A stretch of 64,000 nucleotides of DNA from Candidatus Latescibacterota bacterium. GTDB taxonomy: Bacteria; Latescibacterota; UBA2968; GCA-2709665. Position numbers and translations under genes: made by a program. The notes beneath the pieces are model-generated. The model saw nothing but the letters and a program-made list of their open reading frames with translations. It had not been told where the DNA came from and made no database searches. The first letter of the stretch is position 1, and every line of letters starts with the position of its first letter. Of this stretch, positions 48,827-57,899 are shown one piece after another. The stretch lies in NCBI GenBank assembly GCA_965208835.1, contig OZ242358.1:3648001-3712000 (forward strand), read 5' to 3'.

Positions 48827-50191
48827 TCAACTGCGTGCTTCAATCGGCGACACCCTTCGCTGTCTGCCTTCCCTTGTTTCCGCCGGCAGGATTTCCGGCG
48901 CATCCTCCCCGGCCTCAACCATCCGCCGGACCAGCCGTTGTCTCATGATCCGCGCCACCTCGTGGTGCGAAGTCATCCCGATCAGGTTGCACAGCTCGTA
49001 CGGGTCCGCCTCCAGATCGTACAGATATTGCTCTACGTATCGGTCGGACCCCGCCTTCTTTGCCCCGTGGCACTCCGGTGCGTCCACGCCGTACTTCCAC
49101 CGACGGGTGCGCACGGCCCTCCCCACCTGAGCCTCGCTGATCTGCACGAACGTCTCCTCCGGCCAGCCCTCGCTTCTCCCGACCGTCAGCGGCAGGATCG
49201 ACCGGCCCTGCATTTTATCGGGTACCGGAATCCCGGCCGCAGCCAGTAGCGTGGGCGTCAGGTCGACAGTACTTACCAGCTCACTGATGCGCCCCCCGCC
49301 GTCGAATCCCGGGCCCTGAAGAGCCGTTGGCACCCGAATCGAACTCTCGTGGCATGACCGCTTGTATTCGGCATTACGGGTCTTGAAGTGGCAGCCGTGG
49401 TCCGAAGTAAAAAGCACAACCGTCCGTTCCGCCAGATCCGTACTCTTCAGTGCGTCCAGCATCCGTCCCAGTGCCTCATCCAGTCGTTTCACCATCCCGT
49501 AGTAACCGCCGAGATGACGATGGGCGGATCCCCCAAGTGCGGCCAGATCGGGCGGTATCCATCGGCCGTCATACCGTTCGCGGTAGCCGTCAGGCGCCGG
49601 ATAGTCGTCGATATGGTTCTGGTGATGCGGCTCAAGATAGGAGACAAAAAGAAAGAAAGGTCGTTCCCTGTTCGCATGAATATACCGGATGGCCGCATCG
49701 GTCATGGCATCGACCCGATATCCCGGCAGATCCACCGGATCTCCGTGATTGTCGTACATGACCGTTCGATAGGCCTCCGACGTGGCTTCGAGCACGTTCG
49801 AAGCCAGCCAGTATTCATAACCTCCGCGCACCTCCGGTGGCACCGGACCCTTCGAGCCCCTTCCATACAGGTGCCACTTGCCTATGTACGCCGTGCGATA
49901 ACCGGCGTCATTGAAATGGTGTGCCAGAGTCCGGCTGTCCGGTGGAAGAGGGATTCCATTGCGAAAGCAACCCGTTTCCGTAGCGTACATCCCGGTCTGC
50001 AGACAGGAACGCGCGGGGCCGCAAACGGGCTGGCAGGTAAATGAATTGAATATATGGGTACCCTGCTGCGCCATCCGATCGAAATTGGACGTCAGGCCCA
50101 GAGGATTCCCGTGAACGCCGGTTGTATCCCACCGTTGCTGATCCGTATAGAACACCACTACGTTCGGCTTCTCAGTCACACTTGCCGACAT
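48827..50191 (-). CDS. Sulfatase (formylglycine-dependent, Cys-type)
   Basis: PNVVVFYTDQQR, CGPAR (CxPxR), GKWHL and FTSDHG motifs. Confidence 0.92.
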   Translation of the reverse strand: MSASVTEKPNVVVFYTDQQRWDTTGVHGNPLGLTSNFDRMAQQGTHIFNSFTCQPVCGPARSCLQTGMYATETGCFRNGIPLPPDSRTLAHHFNDAGYRTAYIGKWHLYGRGSKGPVPPEVRGGYEYWLASNVLEATSEAYRTVMYDNHGDPVDLPGYRVDAMTDAAIRYIHANRERPFFLFVSYLEPHHQNHIDDYPAPDGYRERYDGRWIPPDLAALGGSAHRHLGGYYGMVKRLDEALGRMLDALKSTDLAERTVVLFTSDHGCHFKTRNAEYKRSCHESSIRVPTALQGPGFDGGGRISELVSTVDLTPTLLAAAGIPVPDKMQGRSILPLTVGRSEGWPEETFVQISEAQVGRAVRTRRWKYGVDAPECHGAKKAGSDRYVEQYLYDLEADPYELCNLIGMTSHHEVARIMRQRLVRRMVEAGEDAPEILPAETREGRQRRVSPIEARS

Positions 50192-50306
50192 TGCAACCTC
50201 CGACTGTTTTGTCTTCCCGCGCGATATGGACGTTGCAAAGTCGCCCCTCGCTCTGCAGGTGCCGTTCGATATCCCCACTCTCCACCGCAATCCCGAGGCG
50301 CCCGTC

Positions 50307-50398
50307 TATCAGTCCGTTGACAGAGTCGCTTTGCAGGCGAGGTATTATGTCCCATCCCGGGAATATTTCACCATTCATCCGCCGATTCATCCCCCTGG
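50307..50398. mobile_element. MITE-like repeat, left-end fragment (copy C)
   Basis: TATCAGTCCGTTGACAGAGTCGC...CACCATTCATCCGCCGATTCATCCC matches 57641-57732. Confidence 0.75.
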
Positions 50399-50624
50399 AA
50401 GCTGTCTTAAAATTCACAGCGGTCTTCGCGCCTCGGCACTGTGCGCCCCTCGTGCCTCTTAACCGCCGCTTTTTCGCTCGCGCCCGGGAACTCACCGGTA
50501 ATTTTAACACAACCTCTTTCGATCGCACTGCAAAAGGGCGTGACAGAATGCGCCCATGGGGATATCTTATGTCTTCGTCAGCGGCAAAACAGGGCCCCTA
50601 TACCAGATTGCCAGGAAACCTCTG

Positions 50625-51920
50625 ATGAAGAATCAGTCGATGAGACATCTGCTCGAAAAGGCCGACCGGTACCTTGCAGGCGGCTGTCTGGGCAGCTTTC
50701 GGATGCCGGACGAAGTCGCAACCGTGATGGAGCGCGGAAACGGCTGCCGGATCTACGACATCGATGGCAGGGAATATTTGGACTACATCCTTGGATCCGG
50801 CCCGCTCATCCTGGGTCACGCCCATCCCGCTGTGGTCGAGGCCGTCCAGCGCCAGGTTGCGCTGGGGTCGACTTTCTACGCCCTCAATGAACCCGTCATC
50901 CGCCTGGCCGAGCGCATCGCTGAAGCCTCACCCTGCGGGGAATCCATCCGCTTCACGTCCTCCGGCACCGAAGGGACCTTTGCCGCCCTCCGGATGGCGC
51001 GTGCATTCACCCGCCGGGAGAAGATCCTCAAATTCGAGGGTGGCTGGCACGGCGCACACGATTACGCCCAGCAAAGCACAACGCCGCCAAAACCCACCGA
51101 CGGGCCCGTGGCCGTCCCCGACTCCCAGGGGATACCCAATGCGGTAAGCCAATCGGTTCTGGTCGCCCCGTTCAACAATGCCGACGTAGCCGTCGAACTC
51201 ATCGCGTCGTATGCGGACGACCTGGCTGCGATTATCGTTGAACCCTTTCAGCGCGCCCTTCGGCCGGAACCAGGATTCCTTGAAGCCCTTCGCCAGGCGT
51301 CAAGCGACTATGGCGTCATCCTCATCTACGACGAAGTCGTTACCGGCTTCCGCATCGCCTGGGGCGGCGCACAGGAACGCTACGGCGTTGTGCCCGACGT
51401 TGCCGTCTACGGAAAGACGATCAGCGGGGGGTATCCCATGGCCGCCGTCTGCGGGCGCGCGGATATTCTCGCGTGCGCCGACCCCCGCCGCAAGGGAAAG
51501 GCGCCGTATACCTTTGTTAGCGGCACCACAAATGGCAATCCCGTCAGCGCCGCCGCCGGACTGGCGACTTTGGACGTACTGGAAACTGAGGGTGTATATA
51601 CAAAGCTCTACGACATCCCCGCCCGCCTCCGACGCGGCCTGGAAGCGCTTGGCGCAAAGATGGGACTCCCGCTTAAGGTCCTGGGCGAAGGACCGGTGCT
51701 GCAACCCTATTTCGCGGATGTCGAAATCCGCAACTACGCCGACACTCTCAAAGCCGACGCCGGCGCTGCCAGACATTTCAGCGTCGAAATGATCAGACGG
51801 GGCATCTTCTTCAATCCTGCCGGCAAGCTCTATTTCTCACTGGCGCACACGGAAGCCGATATCGACCGGACGCTGGAGGTCGCCGAAGTGGCCCTGCAGC
51901 GGGTTCGTGTCGATTTATAG
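50625..51920 (+). CDS. Class III PLP aminotransferase (glutamate-1-semialdehyde aminomutase-like)
   Basis: GPLILGHAHP, SGTE, GGWHG, YDEVVTGFR, YGK (PLP lysine) and GTTNGNP motifs. Confidence 0.88.
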   Translation: MKNQSMRHLLEKADRYLAGGCLGSFRMPDEVATVMERGNGCRIYDIDGREYLDYILGSGPLILGHAHPAVVEAVQRQVALGSTFYALNEPVIRLAERIAEASPCGESIRFTSSGTEGTFAALRMARAFTRREKILKFEGGWHGAHDYAQQSTTPPKPTDGPVAVPDSQGIPNAVSQSVLVAPFNNADVAVELIASYADDLAAIIVEPFQRALRPEPGFLEALRQASSDYGVILIYDEVVTGFRIAWGGAQERYGVVPDVAVYGKTISGGYPMAAVCGRADILACADPRRKGKAPYTFVSGTTNGNPVSAAAGLATLDVLETEGVYTKLYDIPARLRRGLEALGAKMGLPLKVLGEGPVLQPYFADVEIRNYADTLKADAGAARHFSVEMIRRGIFFNPAGKLYFSLAHTEADIDRTLEVAEVALQRVRVDL

Positions 51921-52014
51921 ACTTGGCGGGAGCAGAACCGTGTCACGTCTGCCGGCGTTTCACTGACGGATTCTCCCTGAAGCTCCCTTCCACCTTCAAT
52001 CACGATTCCAATAT

Positions 52015-53013
52015 ATGGACCTCTTCCTGGGCAAGTCCACCGTTGTCGGAGCCGGTCTGATGGGCGGTCAGATCGCCCTGGTTCTGGCGCTCGGAAGCCG
52101 AGAAACCTGGCTGATCAGCCGGCGGCCGGAAAGCCTGGACAAGGCACGAAGAAATCTTGAGAGGTACGCGGAGGATCTCGGACGGCACAACCGGCTTCGA
52201 GGTGAATCTCCGGCCGCCGTGCTCAACCGCATCCACACCACCACGGACCTCGAGGCCGCCGTTGGCGAGTCCATCTTTGTCGTGGAATCCATCACGGAAG
52301 ACCTTGAATCCAAACAGGCGCTCTTCCATCGCCTGGACGCCCTCGCGCCAACAGATGCTCCCCTTGTAAGCAATACGTCCGGACTGCCCATCACCAGACT
52401 CGCGGAAAAAACCCGGCATCAGGATCGCATTGCCGGTTCTCACTTTGTCCAGCCCGCCCACATTGTACCCGTAGCCGAAATCGTCCGCGGCCAGCAGACA
52501 TCGAGCGAGACGATGGATCGTATCACCCGAATCTGGCAGCGGCTGGGCTACTTTCCACTCCACGTCAATAGAGACGTACCCGGATTCCTCGTCAACCGTC
52601 TTCAGCACGCCCTCATTCGCGAGGCGGTCGACCTGCTGGCGTCCGGCGTCGCGTCAGCCGAGGACATCGACGCCGCCTTCCGACTGGGACTGGCGCCCAG
52701 ATTCACCACCGCAGGTCCGTTGGAGCAACGCGACATCAACGGCCTGTCCATGCACGTCCGCGTCGCCTCGCACCTGTGGAAGACCCTGGGCGGGTGGGAG
52801 CAGCCGCTTGCCTATCTTCAGAAAATGGTCGACACGGGCGCAACGGGCCTGGAGTCGGGAAACGGTTATTACAACTGGACGGGTAACGACCCGCATACGG
52901 TCCGTACTGAAAAGGACGAGCAACTCCTTCGCAGGACCGCCGAGGTGATGGCGGACTGGGAGGCGGAGCGGGAGACGCGTCAGCACGGACAGGAAATCAA
53001 AGCTTCGCAATAG
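52015..53013 (+). CDS. 3-hydroxyacyl-CoA dehydrogenase family protein
   Basis: GAGLMG, VVESITEDLESK, SNTS, GSHF and GFLVNRLQHAL motifs. Confidence 0.88.
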   Translation: MDLFLGKSTVVGAGLMGGQIALVLALGSRETWLISRRPESLDKARRNLERYAEDLGRHNRLRGESPAAVLNRIHTTTDLEAAVGESIFVVESITEDLESKQALFHRLDALAPTDAPLVSNTSGLPITRLAEKTRHQDRIAGSHFVQPAHIVPVAEIVRGQQTSSETMDRITRIWQRLGYFPLHVNRDVPGFLVNRLQHALIREAVDLLASGVASAEDIDAAFRLGLAPRFTTAGPLEQRDINGLSMHVRVASHLWKTLGGWEQPLAYLQKMVDTGATGLESGNGYYNWTGNDPHTVRTEKDEQLLRRTAEVMADWEAERETRQHGQEIKASQ

Positions 53014-53048
53014 ACCAGCGACCGCTTTTCGCAGTTGCAGGAGGCACG

Positions 53049-53924
53049 ATGAGCGACAACACTTACGAAATGTCGGCTGAAGAACGGTACTTCTTCGACC
53101 TGAGCGGATACCTGGTCGCACGCAACGCGCTCACAGCGGAAGAGGTCGACGAATGCAATGCCGCGATCGATCACTTCGCGGAACTCGTCTCCACCCGTTC
53201 GGTTGACAAGCAGAGTCTCTCGGGCGATTCATCTGCACTGAAAGGCGTGCAGGGGCGCAAGGAACTCACGGGGATGCTGGGTTGGCCGACGCCTTACAGG
53301 GAGCCGTTCCGCCGGCTGCTCGTCCATCCCGTTGTGGTTTCACGCTTGAATGAAATGTCCGGAAAAGGCTTCCGGCTGGACCATGGCCCCCTGTTAATCG
53401 GCGCGGAATCCGGGGCCGAGGGCCACCAGCTGCACGGCGCGGGCGAACCGTTCGGTCCTTCCGTATGTTATCACCAGCAGAATGGAAGGATGTACTGCCG
53501 GGGCGTCACGGTGGCCTGGCAACTGTCGGATGTCAATGAAGGCGACGGCGGTTTCTGCATCGTACCAGGGAGCCACAAGACGCGCGAACCCACCCCCATG
53601 GGAGTACGGACCGTGGAAGACCACATGGACCTGGTTGTGCAGCCCGTGATGAACGCGGGTGACTTACTGTTTTTCGCCGAATCCGCCACGCACGGAACCC
53701 TGCCGTGGAAGGGCGCGAACGAACGGCGTTCCGTACTCTACAAATATGCCTCACGAGCCGCAGCCCGCGCAACCGGGCGCTATTTTGCGCCGGAGTCCCG
53801 CTGGGGAGACTGGGTCCACGACCTGAGCCCCGAACAAAGGGCCGTTCTCTACGGACCGGGCGTCCACACCGGTAATGACTTTCCGCGGCTTGTATCCGAC
53901 GGCAGCAAAACCTCGATAGCATGA
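53049..53924 (+). CDS. PhyH-family Fe(II)/2OG oxygenase (HxA variant)
   Basis: FDLSGYLV, LHGAG, GGFCIVPGSHK, AGDLLFF, THGT and RRSVLYKY motifs. Confidence 0.85.
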   Translation: MSDNTYEMSAEERYFFDLSGYLVARNALTAEEVDECNAAIDHFAELVSTRSVDKQSLSGDSSALKGVQGRKELTGMLGWPTPYREPFRRLLVHPVVVSRLNEMSGKGFRLDHGPLLIGAESGAEGHQLHGAGEPFGPSVCYHQQNGRMYCRGVTVAWQLSDVNEGDGGFCIVPGSHKTREPTPMGVRTVEDHMDLVVQPVMNAGDLLFFAESATHGTLPWKGANERRSVLYKYASRAAARATGRYFAPESRWGDWVHDLSPEQRAVLYGPGVHTGNDFPRLVSDGSKTSIA

Positions 53925-53965
53925 ATGACCACGTACATCGCCACTGATTGCCGCTGGAGAACGCG

Positions 53966-54829
53966 ATGGATGCAAGAGAACGCTACTTCTGGGATTTGAC
54001 AGGTTACATCGTTGTAAGAAACGTACTGAATCCCGATCAGATCGCCGCTGCGAACGAAGCTATCGACCTGCACCGGGACCGGATACGCATAGCCGACGAC
54101 AATCTGGGAGCGCGCGGCTCGCATGCCCTGCGGGGCACCGGCCGCCCCACCATGCACGACCTCCTGCAGTTGGAACGCCCCTACTGCGATCCGTTCCGAC
54201 AGATGCTGGCCCACCCTGCCGTCGTACTGCGACTGAACACGATGTGCGGCAGCGGTTTTCGCCTGGATCATGGTCCCCTGCTGATATCCGGCGTCAAGGG
54301 CACCGAAGGCCTCACCATGCACGGCGCCGGCGAACCGCACAGACCGCACGTGGCCTACAACCATCAGAACGGTCACTCCTACTGCGGAGGCGTCACCGTA
54401 AGCTGGCAGCTCGCCGACGTGAATCCAGATGACGGCGGATTCGTCTGCGTCCCCGGTAGCCACAAAACCGGATATCCGATGCCACCGGGCGTCCGTACCT
54501 GCGACGACGATATGGGTACCGTCGTTCAGCCAGTCATGCGCGCCGGCGACGTCCTCTTTTTCATGGACGGCGCGCAGACCCATGGCACACGTCCCTGGCA
54601 GAGCGAACGGCCCCGCCGCTCGGTGTTGTACAAATACGCGTCAAGATCCTCCGTAAGGGGCGGCCCGGCCAAGGAACTCGCGCCCCCTGAAATCTACTGG
54701 GGCGAGGACGTCGTGGCGGATATGACCGACGAGCAGCGCGCGGTCATGTTCGGGCCTTACTCCAACCACCGCGGCGAAGTTCCGTTCCTTGCCGTGGATG
54801 ACAATGGAAACGTGCGAATCGAACGTTGA
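53966..54829 (+). CDS. PhyH-family Fe(II)/2OG oxygenase (HxA variant)
   Basis: Close paralog of the previous gene: MHGAG, GGFVCVPGSHK, THGT and RRSVLYKY. Confidence 0.85.
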   Translation: MDARERYFWDLTGYIVVRNVLNPDQIAAANEAIDLHRDRIRIADDNLGARGSHALRGTGRPTMHDLLQLERPYCDPFRQMLAHPAVVLRLNTMCGSGFRLDHGPLLISGVKGTEGLTMHGAGEPHRPHVAYNHQNGHSYCGGVTVSWQLADVNPDDGGFVCVPGSHKTGYPMPPGVRTCDDDMGTVVQPVMRAGDVLFFMDGAQTHGTRPWQSERPRRSVLYKYASRSSVRGGPAKELAPPEIYWGEDVVADMTDEQRAVMFGPYSNHRGEVPFLAVDDNGNVRIER

Positions 54830-54838
54830 AAACGTCCA

Positions 54839-55831
54839 ATGGAACACCCTGCATCAGAAACCATTACGGGGCTGATTCAAAATACCTATGCATCGTTTGC
54901 ACTTCTGGCGGGAATGCAGCTTGACGTCTTCACGCCCCTGTCCGACGGCCCGATGGATGCACGGCAGGTTGCGGAGAAGATCGGAGTGTCCGCCGACCTT
55001 CTCTCCCCGCTGCTTTACGCGCTGGCGGCAACGGGCCTGCTTCGGGTTGAAGGAAGTCGCTTCGTCAACAGCGACGAGGCACAGCACTATCTGGTAGAGA
55101 CAAGCCCGGATTGCATCGGCAACCTGCACCATCTGCTCTCCGACCTGTGGTCGGCAACCCTAAGGACCGCGGACTCGATTCGGCTCGACCACCCGCAGGC
55201 TGAACACAGCTTTGCCGAAATGCCCCCCGTGCAACTGCACAACTTCCTCCGCGGACTGCACGACGAAGCGCTGGCAACCGGACGGAACCTGGCGGCCAGT
55301 TTCGATTTCTCGTCGTACACGCGTCTTCTGGATGTTGGCGGGGGATCGGGCGGGCTGGCCATCGCCGCCGCCGAAGTCTGTCCCGACCTCAGCGCAACCG
55401 TTGTGGATTTGCCGGAAGTGATCCCGTTTACGAGCCGCTTCATCTGTGAGGCGAAGGCAAACCAACGGATCCGCACCCTTGCGTTGGACGTCACACGCGA
55501 ACCCGTACCAGGCGAGTTCGACGTTGCCGTGGTCAAGGCCTTTATCCAGACCCTTCCCCCGGACCAGGCTGCTGTGGCCCTATCGCACGTAGGCGCCGCG
55601 CTCCGACCCGGGGGCGCCGTACACATTCTGGGTAATGGTATCCTGGATGACTGCCGGTACTCACCGCCCGATGCGGCAATCTTCAACATCGTCTTCCTGA
55701 ACATCTACCGCGGGGGGCGGGCCTACACGGAAAGCGAGTACCGAAACTGGCTGATTCAAGCGGGATTTGCGGATGTCCGTCGTGTCAGGCAGCCGAACGG
55801 ATCGAGCACGATCACTGCACGAAAGACGTGA
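54839..55831 (+). CDS. SAM-dependent methyltransferase (Methyltransf_2 + dimerisation domain)
   Basis: LLDVGGGSG, VVDLPEV and ALRPGG motifs; N-terminal winged dimerisation helices. Confidence 0.88.
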   Translation: MEHPASETITGLIQNTYASFALLAGMQLDVFTPLSDGPMDARQVAEKIGVSADLLSPLLYALAATGLLRVEGSRFVNSDEAQHYLVETSPDCIGNLHHLLSDLWSATLRTADSIRLDHPQAEHSFAEMPPVQLHNFLRGLHDEALATGRNLAASFDFSSYTRLLDVGGGSGGLAIAAAEVCPDLSATVVDLPEVIPFTSRFICEAKANQRIRTLALDVTREPVPGEFDVAVVKAFIQTLPPDQAAVALSHVGAALRPGGAVHILGNGILDDCRYSPPDAAIFNIVFLNIYRGGRAYTESEYRNWLIQAGFADVRRVRQPNGSSTITARKT

Positions 55832-56018
55832 ACCCTTCGACGCCGGGCATGCGACCGAAGATCAGCGCCACCAGAAAGAATCGCATTGACATACCTGGGA
55901 TGCCCGTTGCAACTCCCGGACGATGCGTTCCGGAAGTTGCCACCCGGATGAAGCGATTCGATCCTCAATCGTCGACGGCGCGCCGGCGCTGGTTTCGCAT
56001 CAGTCTATAGGGAAATTC

Positions 56019-56828
56019 ATGGACACCGACCTGGAAACGTACCTGTTTGACCTTCGCGGTTATCTGCATCTCGAAAATGCGCTCTCCAACAGGGAAGTTG
56101 GAGAACTCAATGCCAGCCTGGATGAAATCCCCCCACTCGCGCCAGGGGAATGGTACGGCCACGTTCAGGCCCATACCTACGGCGACGACACCTCCGGTCT
56201 GAACCTTCAACAGGTATATGAAGCTGGAGAACCCTTTGAGAAACTGATCGATCATCCCTCGTGGTTCGAAAAGGTGAAGCGCTTTGTGGGAGGCGAGGGC
56301 AGCTTCGATTACCACCACGGCCCCCTGTTCATCGACGAGAATTTCGCCAACTTTCGTGAGCCCGGCGAAGCCATCGGCCTGCATTCCGGTGGATTTCCGC
56401 CCATTTTGCGCAACCAGTTTCGCTACCATGGCGGGCGTTTCATGTGCGGCCAGATTAACATCCTGATGGCACTCACCGACATCGGGCCGGGCGACGGGGG
56501 GACAATGGTCATTCCCGGAAGCCATAAGTCCAACTTCAAACACCCGCACTTCGACAGGCACCGGATGGCCAGAGACGCCACTGTCGAGGGCATCGAGGGC
56601 GCCGTCGAGATCCACATGGCCGCCGGAGATGCGCTTCTGTTTGTAGACGGCATCTCACACGGCTCCGCCCGTCGGTCAAAACCGGGTTCCCGGCGCGTGG
56701 TTGTCTATCGCTACGGTCCTTCGTGGGGTAACTTCCGGCATGGCTATCAGCCGTCACCGGAACTCCTGCAAAGGCTCACGCCACAGCGGCGCCGGATCGT
56801 CCAGCCGCAGCAACGCCTCACTCGATAA
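56019..56828 (+). CDS. PhyH-family Fe(II)/2OG oxygenase (HxG variant)
   Basis: FDLRGYL, LHSGG, GGTMVIPGSHK, AGDALLF, SHGS and RRVVVYRY motifs. Confidence 0.85.
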   Translation: MDTDLETYLFDLRGYLHLENALSNREVGELNASLDEIPPLAPGEWYGHVQAHTYGDDTSGLNLQQVYEAGEPFEKLIDHPSWFEKVKRFVGGEGSFDYHHGPLFIDENFANFREPGEAIGLHSGGFPPILRNQFRYHGGRFMCGQINILMALTDIGPGDGGTMVIPGSHKSNFKHPHFDRHRMARDATVEGIEGAVEIHMAAGDALLFVDGISHGSARRSKPGSRRVVVYRYGPSWGNFRHGYQPSPELLQRLTPQRRRIVQPQQRLTR

Positions 56829-56914
56829 CGGCAGGAAGGTGCCGATTCCAGGTGACAGGCTAAAAATATCGCCGCAACTACTTCAGTCCCATTCCAGTAA
56901 CGAAGGAGATTGCA

Positions 56915-57643
56915 ATGGCTGACTCACAGGATTCGTTGGAAGAATTGAAGAACTTCGACACCCCCTCGATCACGAATGTCGTAGCCACCTATCCCGGCGA
57001 CCCGCTCTGCCTGAGCCTTTACAATCCCTGGACGGAAAACTGGTACACGGACCAGTCCATCCGTTGTATGTACCCCGAACTGGGCCGAACGGTGGGTTAC
57101 GCGGTGACGTGCGTCTTCGGGCTGCCGGACCCGGACTACGACTCTCTGTCGTTTCTGGACGTGATCGACGCACTGGATGCGTCTCCGAAACCAACCGTTC
57201 TTGTCTTCCAGCAGAAATTCCCGCCTGAACTCGCGGCCAAGGTCGGCCTGGCCGGCGGAAACATGACCTCTGCAATGAAGGCTGTGGGGTGCGTAGGCGC
57301 CATCTCCAACGGTCCGTCCAGAGACATCGACGAGATCCGTCCAATGAAATTCCAATACATGCTCAGCGGCGTCACCGCCGGCCACGGCGGAATGGCCGTA
57401 CACGCCGTGAATGTGCCCGTCTCGGTCGGCGGGATGGACGTGGCGCCTGGCGAGATCGTCCATATGGACGAGAACGGAGCCTGCAAGTTTCCCGCCGACA
57501 AACTGGATGCGGTTCTCAGCAACGTCCGTGCACTGCAAGAGGAAGAGGAAGCTCGAATGGGCGCCCTGCTGAGCGCCACGTCCGCAGCCGAAGTGAGGGC
57601 AATTCTGGGCGGCCATACCTACGCCGACGAAGAAGAAAGCTAA
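56915..57643 (+). CDS. RraA family/HMG aldolase-like protein
   Basis: FDTPSITN, VGYAVT, GGNM, NGPSRDIDEI and PGEIVHMDENG motifs. Confidence 0.85.
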   Translation: MADSQDSLEELKNFDTPSITNVVATYPGDPLCLSLYNPWTENWYTDQSIRCMYPELGRTVGYAVTCVFGLPDPDYDSLSFLDVIDALDASPKPTVLVFQQKFPPELAAKVGLAGGNMTSAMKAVGCVGAISNGPSRDIDEIRPMKFQYMLSGVTAGHGGMAVHAVNVPVSVGGMDVAPGEIVHMDENGACKFPADKLDAVLSNVRALQEEEEARMGALLSATSAAEVRAILGGHTYADEEES

Positions 57644-57899
57644 CAGTCCGTTGATAAAGTCGCTCTGCAGGCGAGGTATGGTGTCCCGTCCCGGAAATAT
57701 GTCACCATTCATCCGCCGATTCATCCCGTCTGGCGGCCGAATCTCGGCAATCTATTTCCGGGTCGGAACACTTGCCATTGTGGACGAAGACAAGGCGCGC
57801 AACCGAGTCCCATCCTGCGATTCGGCGAGGGCGCGCAACGCAGTATTTCGACCGCAAGGGCTGGCCGTAGCCCGGATGGGGTTTTTCAACGGGCTGCTA
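57641..57899. mobile_element. MITE-like element, longest copy (copy D)
   Basis: Left end TAACAGTCCGTTGATAAA versus right end (reverse complement) TAGCAGCCCGTTGAAAAA; TA on both sides; sits exactly between two convergent stop codons. Confidence 0.85.

Noticed and set aside
50625-51920. Calling this gene hemL
   Set aside because: GSAM-like but divergent, and in a non-heme context; only the family-level call is supported.
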